Origin: Octopus vulgaris
Taxonomy: Eukaryota
NCBI GenBank assembly: GCA_951406725.2
Contig: OX597821.1
Coordinates: 58,466,001-58,530,000, forward strand
Direction of reading: 5' to 3'
DNA: 64,000 nucleotides
This document shows positions 54,401 through 64,000 of this stretch, in pieces. Position numbers and translations under genes: made by a program. The notes under the pieces were generated by a model. That model was not told where the DNA came from and made no database searches. It worked only from the letters and a program-made list of their open reading frames with translations. Position 1 is the first letter of the stretch, and the number at the start of each line of letters is the position of its first letter.

Positions 54401-57400
54401 GTCAGAAGTCTTAGTCCCTTGTCATCTCCACAGTGAGGTCTAGTGCCATCCCCTATTCTATTTAACCTTTCATTCTGTTGCTTATTCAAATTTTCTTTCC
54501 AGTTTTTTGTCTTATGAACATCCAGCTGTCTTCATTACTTTCTCCCCTATCACCTTCACACATATATCATTCTATTGGACTGTCCAGAAAGTTCATGCCA
54601 ATTTTTAAAGGAAAGAAAAAGGTCAATAAATACTTGCCATTACATTTTTAATCAACCAAATATGAACCATTTTGTTGTATAATGCATCTCCATCTTTCCT
54701 TTAACTTGAAAATACCCTCTTCCCAGAATTGAGGTGGTTTCATGGCAAAATATTCATCAAGGTATCTTTTTACGTCATCGAAGGAATTGAAATTTTTACC
54801 ATTGAGACTATTCTGCAGAGACCTGAATAAGTGGAAATCGAAGGCCCAATATCTGCAGCAATTTTTGTCTGGTTCCCAAAGCATCAAGTGCCGAAAATGA
54901 ACTTTATCTTCCATTTTAAAGGGTTACAGAATTAACACAGGTTATAGGAACATAAACCTTCTTCCACAAAAAGATAGCTTAAACTGTGCTCTAAATGGCA
55001 GTGTAGTCAAATCCTATTTTATGGACTCGACCATGTTCTAAAATAAGTTGAAAGGTAAGCTACTATAAGTCGGCACAAACTTTCAGGACAACCCAATATT
55101 TCTCTGATCACACTCATACTATCTCTCTTCTACCACCCTCTTGGTCAACATTCCCTCCTCTATTTACACTCACAGTTGCATTTGTCCTAAACAAATGGAG
55201 ATAACAAAGAGTAGAGTAGACTGTTTAGCCTTGCAAGAGACAAAGCAACCTCTCTTATGTTGATGCCATGATAAAATGCACCCACCATAAAATATGAGTT
55301 GATAAAACAATGAAGACAAGGTAGTGAGGAGGAGGAAGGAGAGCTCTTTAGTTTTTGTAGAGGTAGCCTCTTTCGTGCTGTTGTCAAAATAAAATGCACC
55401 CAGTACACTCTGTAAAGTGGTTGATGGTAGGAAGGGCATCTAATTGTAGAATGCATTCATAAAAGGGATCGATAAAAAGTGATGGGTAAAATAAGACTAC
55501 ACTGAAGTACTGGGATTCATAAGATCTGCTAAAACTCCTTGAAGTCTGTGACACAGTGTGGCTCCCAGACTTCACACCCTTTACTATAGAGTGTATTGAG
55601 CTGTTTAACGTTTAAACAAACTACAATATGTGCATATGTTAGCTAAAATGAAATAATAATAATAATAATGATTTATATTTTTTCAAGGCAATGGATTTAT
55701 TTGATATCCAAGATGGTTTTGACACCTTAACTGAAGGTCTTGCCCGAGTTGCTTGTCCATGCATGGTTATTGGAGTAAAGACTGATATTTTGTTCCCTGT
55801 TTGGCAGCAGAGAAATCTGGCTGAAAGTTTACAAGAAGCTGGTGAGTTTATATGTCTTGAGTTTTAAACATGGGTGTGTAAATGATAAATTTTTTATATG
55901 TTTAAACAGATTCCAAAGAGACAGGTGTTGATCTGTCTCAGTAAGATTTGTATTATCTAGTAAAATTAATAAAAAAGTACAATGAACTTGGCATGGGGGC
56001 TGGGTGGAAAAATTTGTCTGAAACATTGGATTTCTCTTTCCCTGTGGTAAATTCACTGTATTTTTTTTTTAGCAATTTTACTAAATAATATATTTTTTAG
56101 TCTGTGAAATTAGCTATTCTACCATTTCCAACTTTCTTCTATTTTTTTACTTGTCTCAGTCATTAGACTGTGGCCATGCTGGGGAATCCCTTTGATGAAT
56201 TTTAGTTGAATGAATCAACCTCAGTACTTAGTTATTATTATTTTAAAGCCTGGTACTTATTCTATAGATCTTTTTTGCTAAACCACTAAGTTACAGGGAC
56301 ATCAGTACACCAACTTTAGTTGTCAAGTGATGGTTGAGGACAAAGACACACACACACACACACATATATATGACAAGCTTCTTTCAGTTTCCGTTTACCA
56401 AATCCACTCACAAGGCCTTGGTCAGCTCAAGGCTATAGTAGAATACACTTGGCCAAGGTACTACACTGTAGGACAGAACCCAGAACCATGTGGTTGGGAA
56501 ACAAGCTTTTTACCACACAGCCATACTTGTCTATACATTTAACATCTTTACAAATGTGTTACCTTCTAACATATTTTCTATATGAAAGTCTTCCTATGAT
56601 GAGGGCTTCATTAGAAATGCTCTATCATGGCTACTGCTCTGTGTAATATAATTATCTATGGCATGCTAAAACGATTTTATGGCAGCTCTTAATTTTGAAG
56701 GAACAATATAAGACTGCTTCCAAATGCTTAGATACTTCTACAACACCCCAGATCACTACTACAAACCTTCTACATAGACACTATTATAAGACCTAGTAAA
56801 ACACTATTTCTCCCACTCAGACCAAACACAAAAATAGCTGCAGTATCAATAGACTCTTTAAAACTGGTGCTCTGTCAGTTATGATGAGTGTTCCAGTTGA
56901 TCCGATTAATGGAACAGCCTGCTCATGAAATTAACAGATAAGTGGTTGAACACTCCACAAACATGTGTACCCTTAACGTAGTTCTGAGGGAGATTCAGCA
57001 TGACTGGAGCAACATGAAATGAAATGGCTTGCTTAAGAACACAATGCACAGTGTTGGTTTGCTTATGTGCCCTTAACTTAGCAGTTTGGCAAAAGAGACT
57101 GATAGAAAAAATAACAGATTTATAAAAAAATGAATATGTAATTGCTAGGCTCAATTTGTTCCACTAAAACCCTTTGAGGCAGTGCCTAAGCATGGCCACA
57201 GTCCAATGACTGACCCAGGTAAAACAAAAAATTTATTCACAAATATTATTATGTATTAGTATACAAAGACTGGTGAAGGTAAAGAATATACACACCTGGT
57301 GTTTAGGGTTATGCCAAAAACGGGTGGTGTGCATATTCTTTACCTCTGCCCCAAAATTATCTTTTACCCCTTCCTTTCTTTCCAGGAAATGAAGCTGTGA

Positions 57401-59219
57401 CTTACTATGAACTGAGCTCTATATTTGGACATGACACTTTCTTGCTTGATTTAAATGGTGTTGGTAGTGCCATGAAGGTAAGCTAAGGTCAACCTGGATC
57501 TTTTGACCGTTTTATTATTTGTTTTCTGAGGACAGCTGTGTAAAGAAGTGCCAATCTCTAATTGTGGAGAGAACCTGTAGTAGATATGGAATGAGGTGGT
57601 GAAGCATGCTCTTCAAACTTTGAGCCTCGCAGAGGCAATGACTAGTGACCAAGGCCTTTGGCGATGTGCTCTGCTTGAGAGGACCCATCAATGAAAGTGA
57701 AATCATAGTCGTGGTTGATAATGGTGTCACATAAATGGCAAGTAAAGAACATCTTTCAAGCATTGAGCTTCACTGAAGTAAAGTGGCCCAGTTCCTTTTG
57801 AGTGTTGGGCCTCATGATGGCAATGAGCAAGACCTTTGGCAATATATTGTACTTGAGAAGACCCAACAAGCCGGGCAAAACTTCCATGCTTCCTGTGATT
57901 CGCCAACACTACATTTGATTTTCTGCCCTCCATACACACGCTAACATGTATCTGACTCATACACTGTTCACTTTTCAGTCATTTGTACATTACTGCATAT
58001 GCTACGCACTTTTGACAAGTTGTAGTGCACCTGAGCACTGTATACAATAATTTCATTATTATTTTATTATAAAATCGCAGTTGTGGCAAAAACGCAAATG
58101 ACACCTGTGTCAGTGGTATGTAAAAGCACCCATTACACTCTAGGAGTGATTGGCGTTAGGAAGGACATCCAGCTGTAGAAAACCATGCCAAATCAGACTG
58201 GAGTTTGGTGTAGTCTTCCAGATTGCCAGCCCCCAGTCAAACCATCCAACCTATGCCAACATGGACAATGGACGTTAAATGATAAACTTTTACTTGAAGT
58301 GAAATCTTTGAACTTTTTTTTAAAGAACTCTGCTTTCTTACACCAACAAGTGTACAATGATCTTTTAGTAATTGGTTATTTCATCAGTACTTCAGTAAGT
58401 AATAATGAAGATGCACGACTTAGTGGTTAGGGTGTTGCATTTACAATTGCAGGAATGGTGTTTTCTTTCCTGGATCAGGCAGTGCTTTGTGTTCTTGAGC
58501 AAAACACTTCATCTCATGTTGCTCTGCAATCAGGTTGACATCTGATGTATGGTACACTGTACACTTGTACAGGCAATCTTGATTTGATGCAGGGAGTGAG
58601 TTGATGTACAGTACAAACATTTGATCATTATAAACAAATCATCTGTGTGGTTTTTCAGCAAGAAATTGCAGAACCCTCATCTGTCCTCTACAAGAGGAGA
58701 GTCCATCACACTCCTCTTATATCTGGTTAGAGTGCTCTACTTTTAAACTAAACTGCTGACCGACAAATTCTTCTGCAAGAAGTTATAAAGTCATCCAGAA
58801 ACACTAGATGTCATATAGATTACGTCATGTGTAAACAAACATAGGTTTATTTTTGGAGCGTTGAAATGAATTGTAGAACAAATAGAAAGATATATTTTTC
58901 AATTTGAAAAACATATCTTTCTACTTGTTCTACAATACATTTCAACACTTCAAAAATAAACCCATGTTTGTTTGCATATGATGTTAACATTTTCATGTTC
59001 CATGCATTAGATATATGTTAAACACAAACTAAGATTTTAAAATTCACTTGTTTTGATGTAAGAAATCCTGTCATTTTCCCTCTTCTTAACCAAAAGTAGG
59101 AGTGACCTTACTTAATGTTTATCTGAAGGTTATTTTGTTTGAAAACTAAAGTTGACAAGAGTATGCGGTTAGAAACTACATACTGCCATCTATTCACAGA
59201 TAACTTGGAATCATTTAAT

Positions 59220-59250
<31 letters not shown>

Positions 59251-60957
59251 ACATTGTGTACAGTGCTCAGGTGCACTACAACTCATCGAAAGTGTATATA
59301 TAATCAGGTGTAGTTTCGACGGATTTCGGAAAGCATGAGGGCCTTAAAGGATGCAGTGTCATGGCAGTCAACAACTGACGCAGGCAGTTTATTCCATGCT
59401 TCAGCAACTCTGAGTGTGAAGAAATGTTTCCAAAAGTCATGGGAGCTGTGTTGTTTTCTGACTTTGTGGGCATGTCCACGTGTGTTAGACACATGGAGAT
59501 CAAAAAGGTGTTCAGTGTTGTTATTGGTGAGGTGGTTGACAACTTTGTGGGTGTTTACCAAGTCCGTCGCCAGATGCCGGAGCTTCAGTGAATCCATGCC
59601 CAGGGAAACAAGGCGCTCAGAATGTGGTGCTTTGCTTTGCCAAACACTTCAATATACGAACTAGCAAACTCACTTACTACGCTGTACTGGGAAAACATAG
59701 AACTGATTTGCTTCAGGTAAATGAAGAGATACCTGGTGGAAAAATTTGCAATGCATAGATCTATGTATATATCTTTAAATGTGACTCCTGGAGTATCAAC
59801 AGATTGAAATGTCTTTCAGTAAGTAAATTAACATCCCAGTGCTGCAGCATGTTTTGTGTAGTTTGTACAATTGGAAAAATCCAATGCATAAAAATAAATG
59901 TATAATATTAATAAGCTTTGCCAGATTGGATTGGAGCCTGGTGCAGCCTTCTGGCTTGCCAGCCCTCAATCAAACCGTCCAATCCATGCCAGCATGGAAA
60001 GCGGACATTAACGATGATGATGATGATATAGGTGCAGGAGTGACTATGTGGTAAGCTTGCTTCCCAACTGCATGGGTCTGGTTTCAATCCCACTGCATGG
60101 TACCTTGGGCAAGTGTCTTCTGCTATAGCCTCAGGCCAACCAAAGCCTTGTGAGTGGACTTCATCATCATCCAGTGTTTTAAATCCAGGTTTTGTCCCCA
60201 TTAACAGGGGTGGCCGGATCTACCTCAATGCCATAGCAACTTGCCCTCACACCATCTCACTCGGTTTTGGGCATCCTCCTTTGGTAGACAGAAACTGAGA
60301 AAAGCCCATCTTATATATATATATATATATTTATGTGTCTGTGTTTGTCCCCCCACCACCACTTGACCAATGTTGGTGTGTTTACATCCCCATAACTTAA
60401 TGGTTCGGCAAAAAGAGACCAATAGAACAAGTACTAGGCTTACAAATAATAAGTCCTGGGATCGATTTATTCAATTAAAGGCAGTGCTCTAGCGTGGCCA
60501 CAGTCAAATGACTGAAACAAGTAAAAGAGTACATATGGATGATGGTAATGTAAACCAGAAGTGACAATATAAGAAATAACACATATATTTGCTTAATCAC
60601 TCCTTGAACCGAGTCCCAGGACTCCTAAGAGCAGTTGCCCAGTTTCTATGGGAAAGGGACTGAGATCACAATATTCCCCTCGACCAGGATGCCGGGCTGT
60701 TGCACTCATATACAACCAAGGGGATTGGAGCAATGTGAAATGAAGTGTTTTGCTCAAGAACTCAATGCGTTGCTTGGTCCAAGAATTGAGACCACAATCT
60801 TACGATCACAAGTGTAACACCATGTCTACTGGGCCACATGCTTTCATTCATTAAAGTTAATATTCGTTAATATTGTTAATTATTATGCTTTCAGGGTTTT
60901 CTTGAGACTAATATGAAAGAATATGGAAGAGCCATGAAAAGAAAGGGGAAAGCTTAA
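30570..60957 (+). CDS. cys2: Spliced 11-exon gene, 464 aa: MetX-family serine O-succinyltransferase/O-acetyltransferase (fungal Cys2-like), probably mitochondrial
   Basis: Exons 30570-30793, 35090-35303, 40095-40207, 43613-43646, 45599-45685, 47654-47733, 49783-49932, 53624-53807, 55688-55841, 57386-57477 and 60895-60957 join in phase into a stop-free 1395-nt ORF, all introns GT..AG. Motifs: [45 protein letters not shown] (Ser nucleophile), [14 protein letters not shown] (Asp), GHDTFLL (His). Confidence 0.92.
31646..31863. repeat. Inverted repeat with perfect 71-bp arms enclosing a hammerhead-like motif
   Basis: Arms 31646-31716 and 31793-31863. The loop on the minus strand reads TTTGTCA-GTGAACAG-GTCGC..GCGAC-GAAA-ATATTT-TGACAAA. 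Confidence 0.85.
32036..32115 (+). ncRNA. Type I hammerhead ribozyme in cys2 intron 1 (sense strand)
   Basis: Stem I TTC/GAA (extendable across a 1-nt bulge); CTGAAGA; stem II GAAAGACACAA/TTGTGCCTTTC; GAAA; palindromic ACACGTGT; GTA cleavage triplet. Confidence 0.75.
33820..34730. repeat. Degenerate foldback/MITE-like repeat with internal duplication
   Basis: Repeated modules (AAAATTGCCAAAAATC.GCATT.TGAAAT, TTTTTCCGCATATTT) occur in both orientations, with roughly inverted outer ends. Confidence 0.5.
35090..35303 (+). CDS. cys2: cys2-like exon 2
   Basis: Acceptor ttgcAG; encodes NISGPEPQY...[10 protein letters not shown]...[14 protein letters not shown]; donor AAG|GTAATG. Confidence 0.93.
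38271..39547 (-). mobile_element. Non-autonomous mariner derivative with long TIRs, interrupted by a SINE
   Basis: ~185-bp inverted termini (..GGTCTGATCAAT.. / ..ATTGATCAGACC..). ORF remnants [20 protein letters not shown] and ISAKFV.KLL. Confidence 0.75.
39638..40030 (+). mobile_element. Abundant tRNA-derived SINE (representative near-complete copy)
   Basis: GGCGTAGGAGTGGCTGTGTGG...GGTTCAGTCCC head to ...CAAATGACTGAAACAAGTAAAAGAG tail. Other copies at ~8810-9090, 13860-14030, 14210-14345, 18533-18760, 23900-24210, 24370-24500, 32780-33135, 38545-38930, 49330-49685, 56150-56530 and 60030-60530. Confidence 0.8.
40095..40207 (+). CDS. cys2: cys2-like exon 3
   Basis: Acceptor tttatAG; encodes [37 protein letters not shown]; donor AG|GTAATT. 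Confidence 0.93.
40349..40870 (+). mobile_element. Possible solo LTR
   Basis: GC-richer, CpG-retaining island with TATATAAG, an AATAA-like signal and weak inverted termini (TGTGATAT..ATATCGTA). No clear TSD. Confidence 0.3.
42240..43140 (-). mobile_element. 3' fragment of an RTE-clade LINE with (GAT)n tail
   Basis: [11 protein letters not shown]...[16 protein letters not shown] (RTE C-terminus) followed by the common 3' UTR. UTR-only copies at ~35920-36195, 37590-37875, 48475-48682, 57515-57880, 58100-58285 and 62820-62985. Confidence 0.75.
43613..43646 (+). CDS. cys2: cys2-like exon 4 (34-nt micro-exon)
   Basis: Acceptor tttcAG; encodes (S)[11 protein letters not shown]; donor AAG|GTGAGT. 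Completes the GSSGPSS motif and bridges phase 2 to phase 0. Confidence 0.88.
44977..45329 (+). mobile_element. tRNA-headed, hammerhead-containing short retroelement with inverted 3'-end copy
   Basis: 10-bp TSD CTCTATTGTT (44967-44976 / 45330-45339). A-box TGGCATAGTGG near 45096, B-box GAGTTCAATTCC at 45139-45150, (AAT)n linker, hammerhead at 45238-45279. Confidence 0.7.
45238..45279 (+). ncRNA. Minimal hammerhead ribozyme motif within a tRNA-headed element
   Basis: CAC-CTGATGA-(A)GGCT...AGTC-GAAA-CG-TT-GTG. Mutated sister copies at 47164-47207, ~46945-46987 (-) and ~19006-19031. Confidence 0.6.
45599..45685 (+). CDS. cys2: cys2-like exon 5
   Basis: Acceptor tttgcAG; encodes [29 protein letters not shown]; donor AAG|GTAAAT. 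Confidence 0.92.
46030..46410 (-). mobile_element. CR1/L2-like LINE 3' fragment
   Basis: [18 protein letters not shown]...[13 protein letters not shown] is typical of a CR1-group ORF2 C-terminus. Confidence 0.65.
46415..46797. repeat. ~385-bp interspersed repeat, near-identical copy at 51105-51491
   Basis: Both copies begin TGTATGCATGTTACCTTAAAAC and end CAAAATACATAGCT. Confidence 0.8.
46849..47254. mobile_element. Palindromic insertion of the same hammerhead-containing element
   Basis: 13-bp TSD CACTTCATTGCAT (46836-46848 / 47255-47267). Inverted arms span ~46893-47256, folded at the truncated B-box. Confidence 0.8.
47654..47733 (+). CDS. cys2: cys2-like exon 6 (nucleophile elbow)
   Basis: Acceptor caatAG; encodes [26 protein letters not shown]; donor AG|GTAAGC. 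Confidence 0.93.
47793..48143. mobile_element. hAT-type MITE (second, truncated copy at ~63617-63910)
   Basis: TIRs CAGGGATTCTCAACC / GGTTGAGAATCACTG; 8-bp TSD TTCTAGAG (47785-47792 / 48144-48151). Confidence 0.88.
49783..49932 (+). CDS. cys2: cys2-like exon 7
   Basis: Acceptor ctttcAG; encodes [37 protein letters not shown]...GMKLA; donor CG|GTAAAA. Confidence 0.92.
53624..53807 (+). CDS. cys2: cys2-like exon 8
   Basis: Acceptor ttcttAG; encodes [19 protein letters not shown]...[26 protein letters not shown]; donor AAG|GTAAAA. Confidence 0.93.
54090..54325. repeat. Degenerate ~26-30-bp minisatellite (GGCAC..GGTGCTTTTTACATGG)
   Basis: About 8 diverged tandem units inside an RTE-tail repeat. 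Confidence 0.6.
54575..55096 (-). mobile_element. Internally deleted mariner, same family as 2689-3171
   Basis: TA-flanked TIRs; remnant [31 protein letters not shown]. Confidence 0.85.
55688..55841 (+). CDS. cys2: cys2-like exon 9 (catalytic Asp)
   Basis: Acceptor tttcaAG; encodes [10 protein letters not shown]...[25 protein letters not shown]; donor G|GTGAGT. Confidence 0.92.
57386..57477 (+). CDS. cys2: cys2-like exon 10 (catalytic His)
   Basis: Acceptor ttccAG; encodes [31 protein letters not shown]; donor AAG|GTAAGC. Confidence 0.93.
59225..59630 (-). mobile_element. CR1/L2-like LINE 3' fragment with (ATT)n tail
   Basis: [10 protein letters not shown]...[14 protein letters not shown] motif. 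A related tail occurs at ~58000-58070. Confidence 0.75.
60895..60957 (+). CDS. cys2: cys2-like exon 11 (terminal coding exon)
   Basis: Acceptor ctttcAG; encodes [20 protein letters not shown]. The 'K|GFL' junction matches the usual C-terminal helix of the family. Candidate AATAAA signals follow at 61007, 61318 and 61561. Confidence 0.8.
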   Translation, partial: GFLETNMKEYGRAMKRKGKA

Positions 60958-62990
60958 ACCAAAATTCTTGCAAAACCTTTTATGGTTTGATACAAAAGAA
61001 CAAGAGAATAAATGGCATGTTTCTAAACCAGCTGAATATGTCTAAAGATTATGGTCCAAATACAAATGAAAGTTTGGTTTCTATGAATAAGTAAGTCAAA
61101 AAAGAGAACTTCAAACACTGATTACCAGGAAGAAATTCGCCAGTCAGAACTGAAATGATTGCAACTTATTTCTACAGGTTTTTGAGAAAGAAACATTTGA
61201 GTGTTGAAGAGGAAATCTTTGAGTGCTTTAATTGTAAATAATATATTTTTGACAAAACTAGTCTCTTTGACTATAATAAAATTATTTTTCCAAACAATAA
61301 CAAAGCATTTAACAAACAATAAAAGATGGAGTATTTTGTATGCACTATATATATATATAAAATAACAACAACACTAATTCTGTGATGGAATTTATAAATA
61401 TTTAATGCATCGCTGCAAGCGTAGCAATGTATTAAATATTTAATAATTCCATCCTAGGATTATTATTATATTTATCCTACATTATATCGGTATAACCATG
61501 ATGCAACCCCAAAAAACTGACTCATTGATCTGTTTCATTAGATGGTAGCCAGTATAATGAAATAAAAGCTTTATTTGCATACCCTTAACATTACCATAAA
61601 CGAATTTAATAGATATATATATATATATATGTAAATATTCTGTGGATTATCAAGGCTACCACTGGTTTCATACCAAGACTTCTCAGCAATTGTGAATACC
61701 TTATCCAAGATGGAAATGAGTACCAACTTCCCAAGTGGCAGACTTGATAATTGCTGACAGTTCTCTGCATGAAACCAGTGGTAGCCTTGTTAACTCACAA
61801 ATAAAGAATATTTATCCACCAATGCACTGCTGAACACTCATTGTCACTGTTTGATATATATATATATATATATCTATAGTACATTTACAAAGTTTATGTT
61901 TAAGCCTGCTAGCTTACAACTGTTTGATGTAAGCTAACAGTCTGACAAAGGTGAGCAGACCAAAACTTCGAAAGTCACTGACAATCCTCCTTGTAAAAGT
62001 ATATTATGCATTCTACAAAGAATTGAGTAATTCCTCAGTTTAATGTCAAATGTTTTTTTGCTTTTTTTATAACACATTAAACATACATATATAAAAACTG
62101 ACTTCCTCACTATTACTCATCATCTTATGCAATCTTTTGCTTCAAAACCATATTTTAAATTATATATGACTAAGCTCTATACCATGTATTGAGCACTATT
62201 TTCTTAATATTTGGTGATATATGCACACACAAGTTTTAACATCATTTATTTTTAAATGGTATGGTTTTAACTGTATTCAATCTACCTTCATATAGTGTTT
62301 TAAATGTCATTAAAATAAAATATTTGAGACATAAAGTTAATTTAAATGTTTATGAAACTCAATAATTTGTCCTTTTGTAAAAAGTTATATAAAATACTAA
62401 TTCAGATATATATTTCACTCACCCTACCCCATTAAACCAAACTACACCTCTTTTTCAGGTACTATGTCCTCCTGCCCTCACTGCCCTTTCCACTGTATCC
62501 TTCTCTATACATTCAAGTTCTACCAGTCACTGCATTATCCCCTTCTCCGTCTTTGTATTTATGCAAACTCCCTACTCATGCAATCTTGGCAATGCTCCAC
62601 CATCTCATTTATATTCTCATATTTGTACCTCATGAATATGCCCTGGCACAAAACCACTATCTCTCTCCCTCTGACTCAGGTAACCACATACCTCCTCTAC
62701 AGCAAGACACCCATTTCTGTCTCTGTCATATTCTAATCTCTCATCACCTGACACAAAACCACCTTTTCCAATACTTTCACCTTCTCAAAGGATCTTGGAT
62801 TATCTCAATGGTGTTACTGACACATAAAAAGCATACACTCCACAATGTAAAGTGGTTGGCATTAGTAAGGGCATCCAGCTGTAAAATACCATGCTAAAAT
62901 CAAGTTTGGTGCAGTTCTCTACTTTACCAGCTCCTGTCAAACTGTCCAACCCATGCCAGCACGAAAGACAGACATTAAATGATGATCTCC

Positions 62991-63035
<45 letters not shown>

Positions 63036-64000
63036 TGCTCCAGCTTGGCCACAGTCAAATGACTGAAACAAATAAATGAATATATATATATAATTATTAA
63101 TAGTAGGGAATATAAAATTCCAAATCAAAAGGGGAAAACAAACTCAATTTAGTAATACTAAATCAAATTTCATGATATATATATATAAATATATAGAATT
63201 AAGAGACAGAACCTCCATCAAAGTAATTCAATTAATAGTGAAAGATATTATCTATAATAAAGTATAAATTTAAATATATTATTAATATTCTACTAAAAAT
63301 TACTATACTAAATAATACATATTAAATCGACTAAGCGCATTTCATGACGATATATTCAAATCGACAATATCAAAATCATTAATCTCAAAGATTAATATTA
63401 ATTCGATCCAACGGTACATAGCAACTCTTCAGGTCTAAATAACTTAAAATAAATTTACAACATAAATGAAGACGTTATAATTAAACTATACATTTAGAAA
63501 TAATCGATAAAATTTAACAGTATTAAAGAAAAGTAGAAGCATAACTTATCTTATTGATGAGTACCAGTTAACTCTACAAATTAAACATAGAAATCATGCC
63601 AAAGCAAACACTAGAGCAGGGGTTCTCAACCACTTTTTATCTATGGACCCCTTTGATTACTATTTAATTCTGGTGGACCCCCATAGTCTTCTGATGTTTA
63701 AAAACTAGTTTTATAGAAACTTCATTCAAAATTCCTATTTTGTTTCTCACATGTTGACTTATGTAGATTGAACTGTGTAAATTGCTAGAGAGAGAAACCT
63801 AGCTGTTTCTTGCAATACATACCAATACAAACATTTAAATCAAAATTTTTTCAGGGACACATAAAATACTATTGTGGACTCTTGATTTTCTATTTTGTTG
63901 CATGAACCCCTGCATTAGAGCATGATACAATTCTTCAATTCATTGGGTCCCATTCAACCTATGCTAGCATGGAAGATAGACATGATGACTCTCCCTTTAG

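Noticed and set aside
30570-60957. Bacterial/fungal contamination or recent horizontal transfer of metX
   Set aside because: Ten spliceosomal introns filled with host SINEs show long residence. Origin cannot be judged without a phylogeny.

Overview
AT-rich, repeat-dense animal genomic DNA. The SINE/LINE families and long (TA)n/(TG)n microsatellites suggest an octopus-like cephalopod (inference). I can reconstruct one complete host gene by hand: an 11-exon, + strand CDS from 30570 to 60957 (1395 nt, 464 aa). Every intron is GT-AG and in phase. It encodes a MetX-family alpha/beta-hydrolase-fold acyltransferase of the fungal Cys2 (serine O-succinyl/acetyltransferase) type, with a mitochondrial-like presequence and an intact Ser-Asp-His triad. 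This implies a non-transsulfuration route to cysteine in an animal. The rest is mobile DNA: a full-length, TSD-flanked Tx1/L1-clade LINE (3395-8637) whose 3' end matches the tail of a local tRNA-SINE family; a decayed RTE LINE with a ~77-bp duplication; Tc1/mariner, pogo, hAT-MITE, Helitron-like and CR1 remnants; and many SINEs. A striking set of Penelope-like fragments carries type I hammerhead ribozyme motifs (about ten, two with canonical cores). Several of these fragments form TSD-flanked inverted repeats, and one family joins a tRNA-like Pol III head to a hammerhead.
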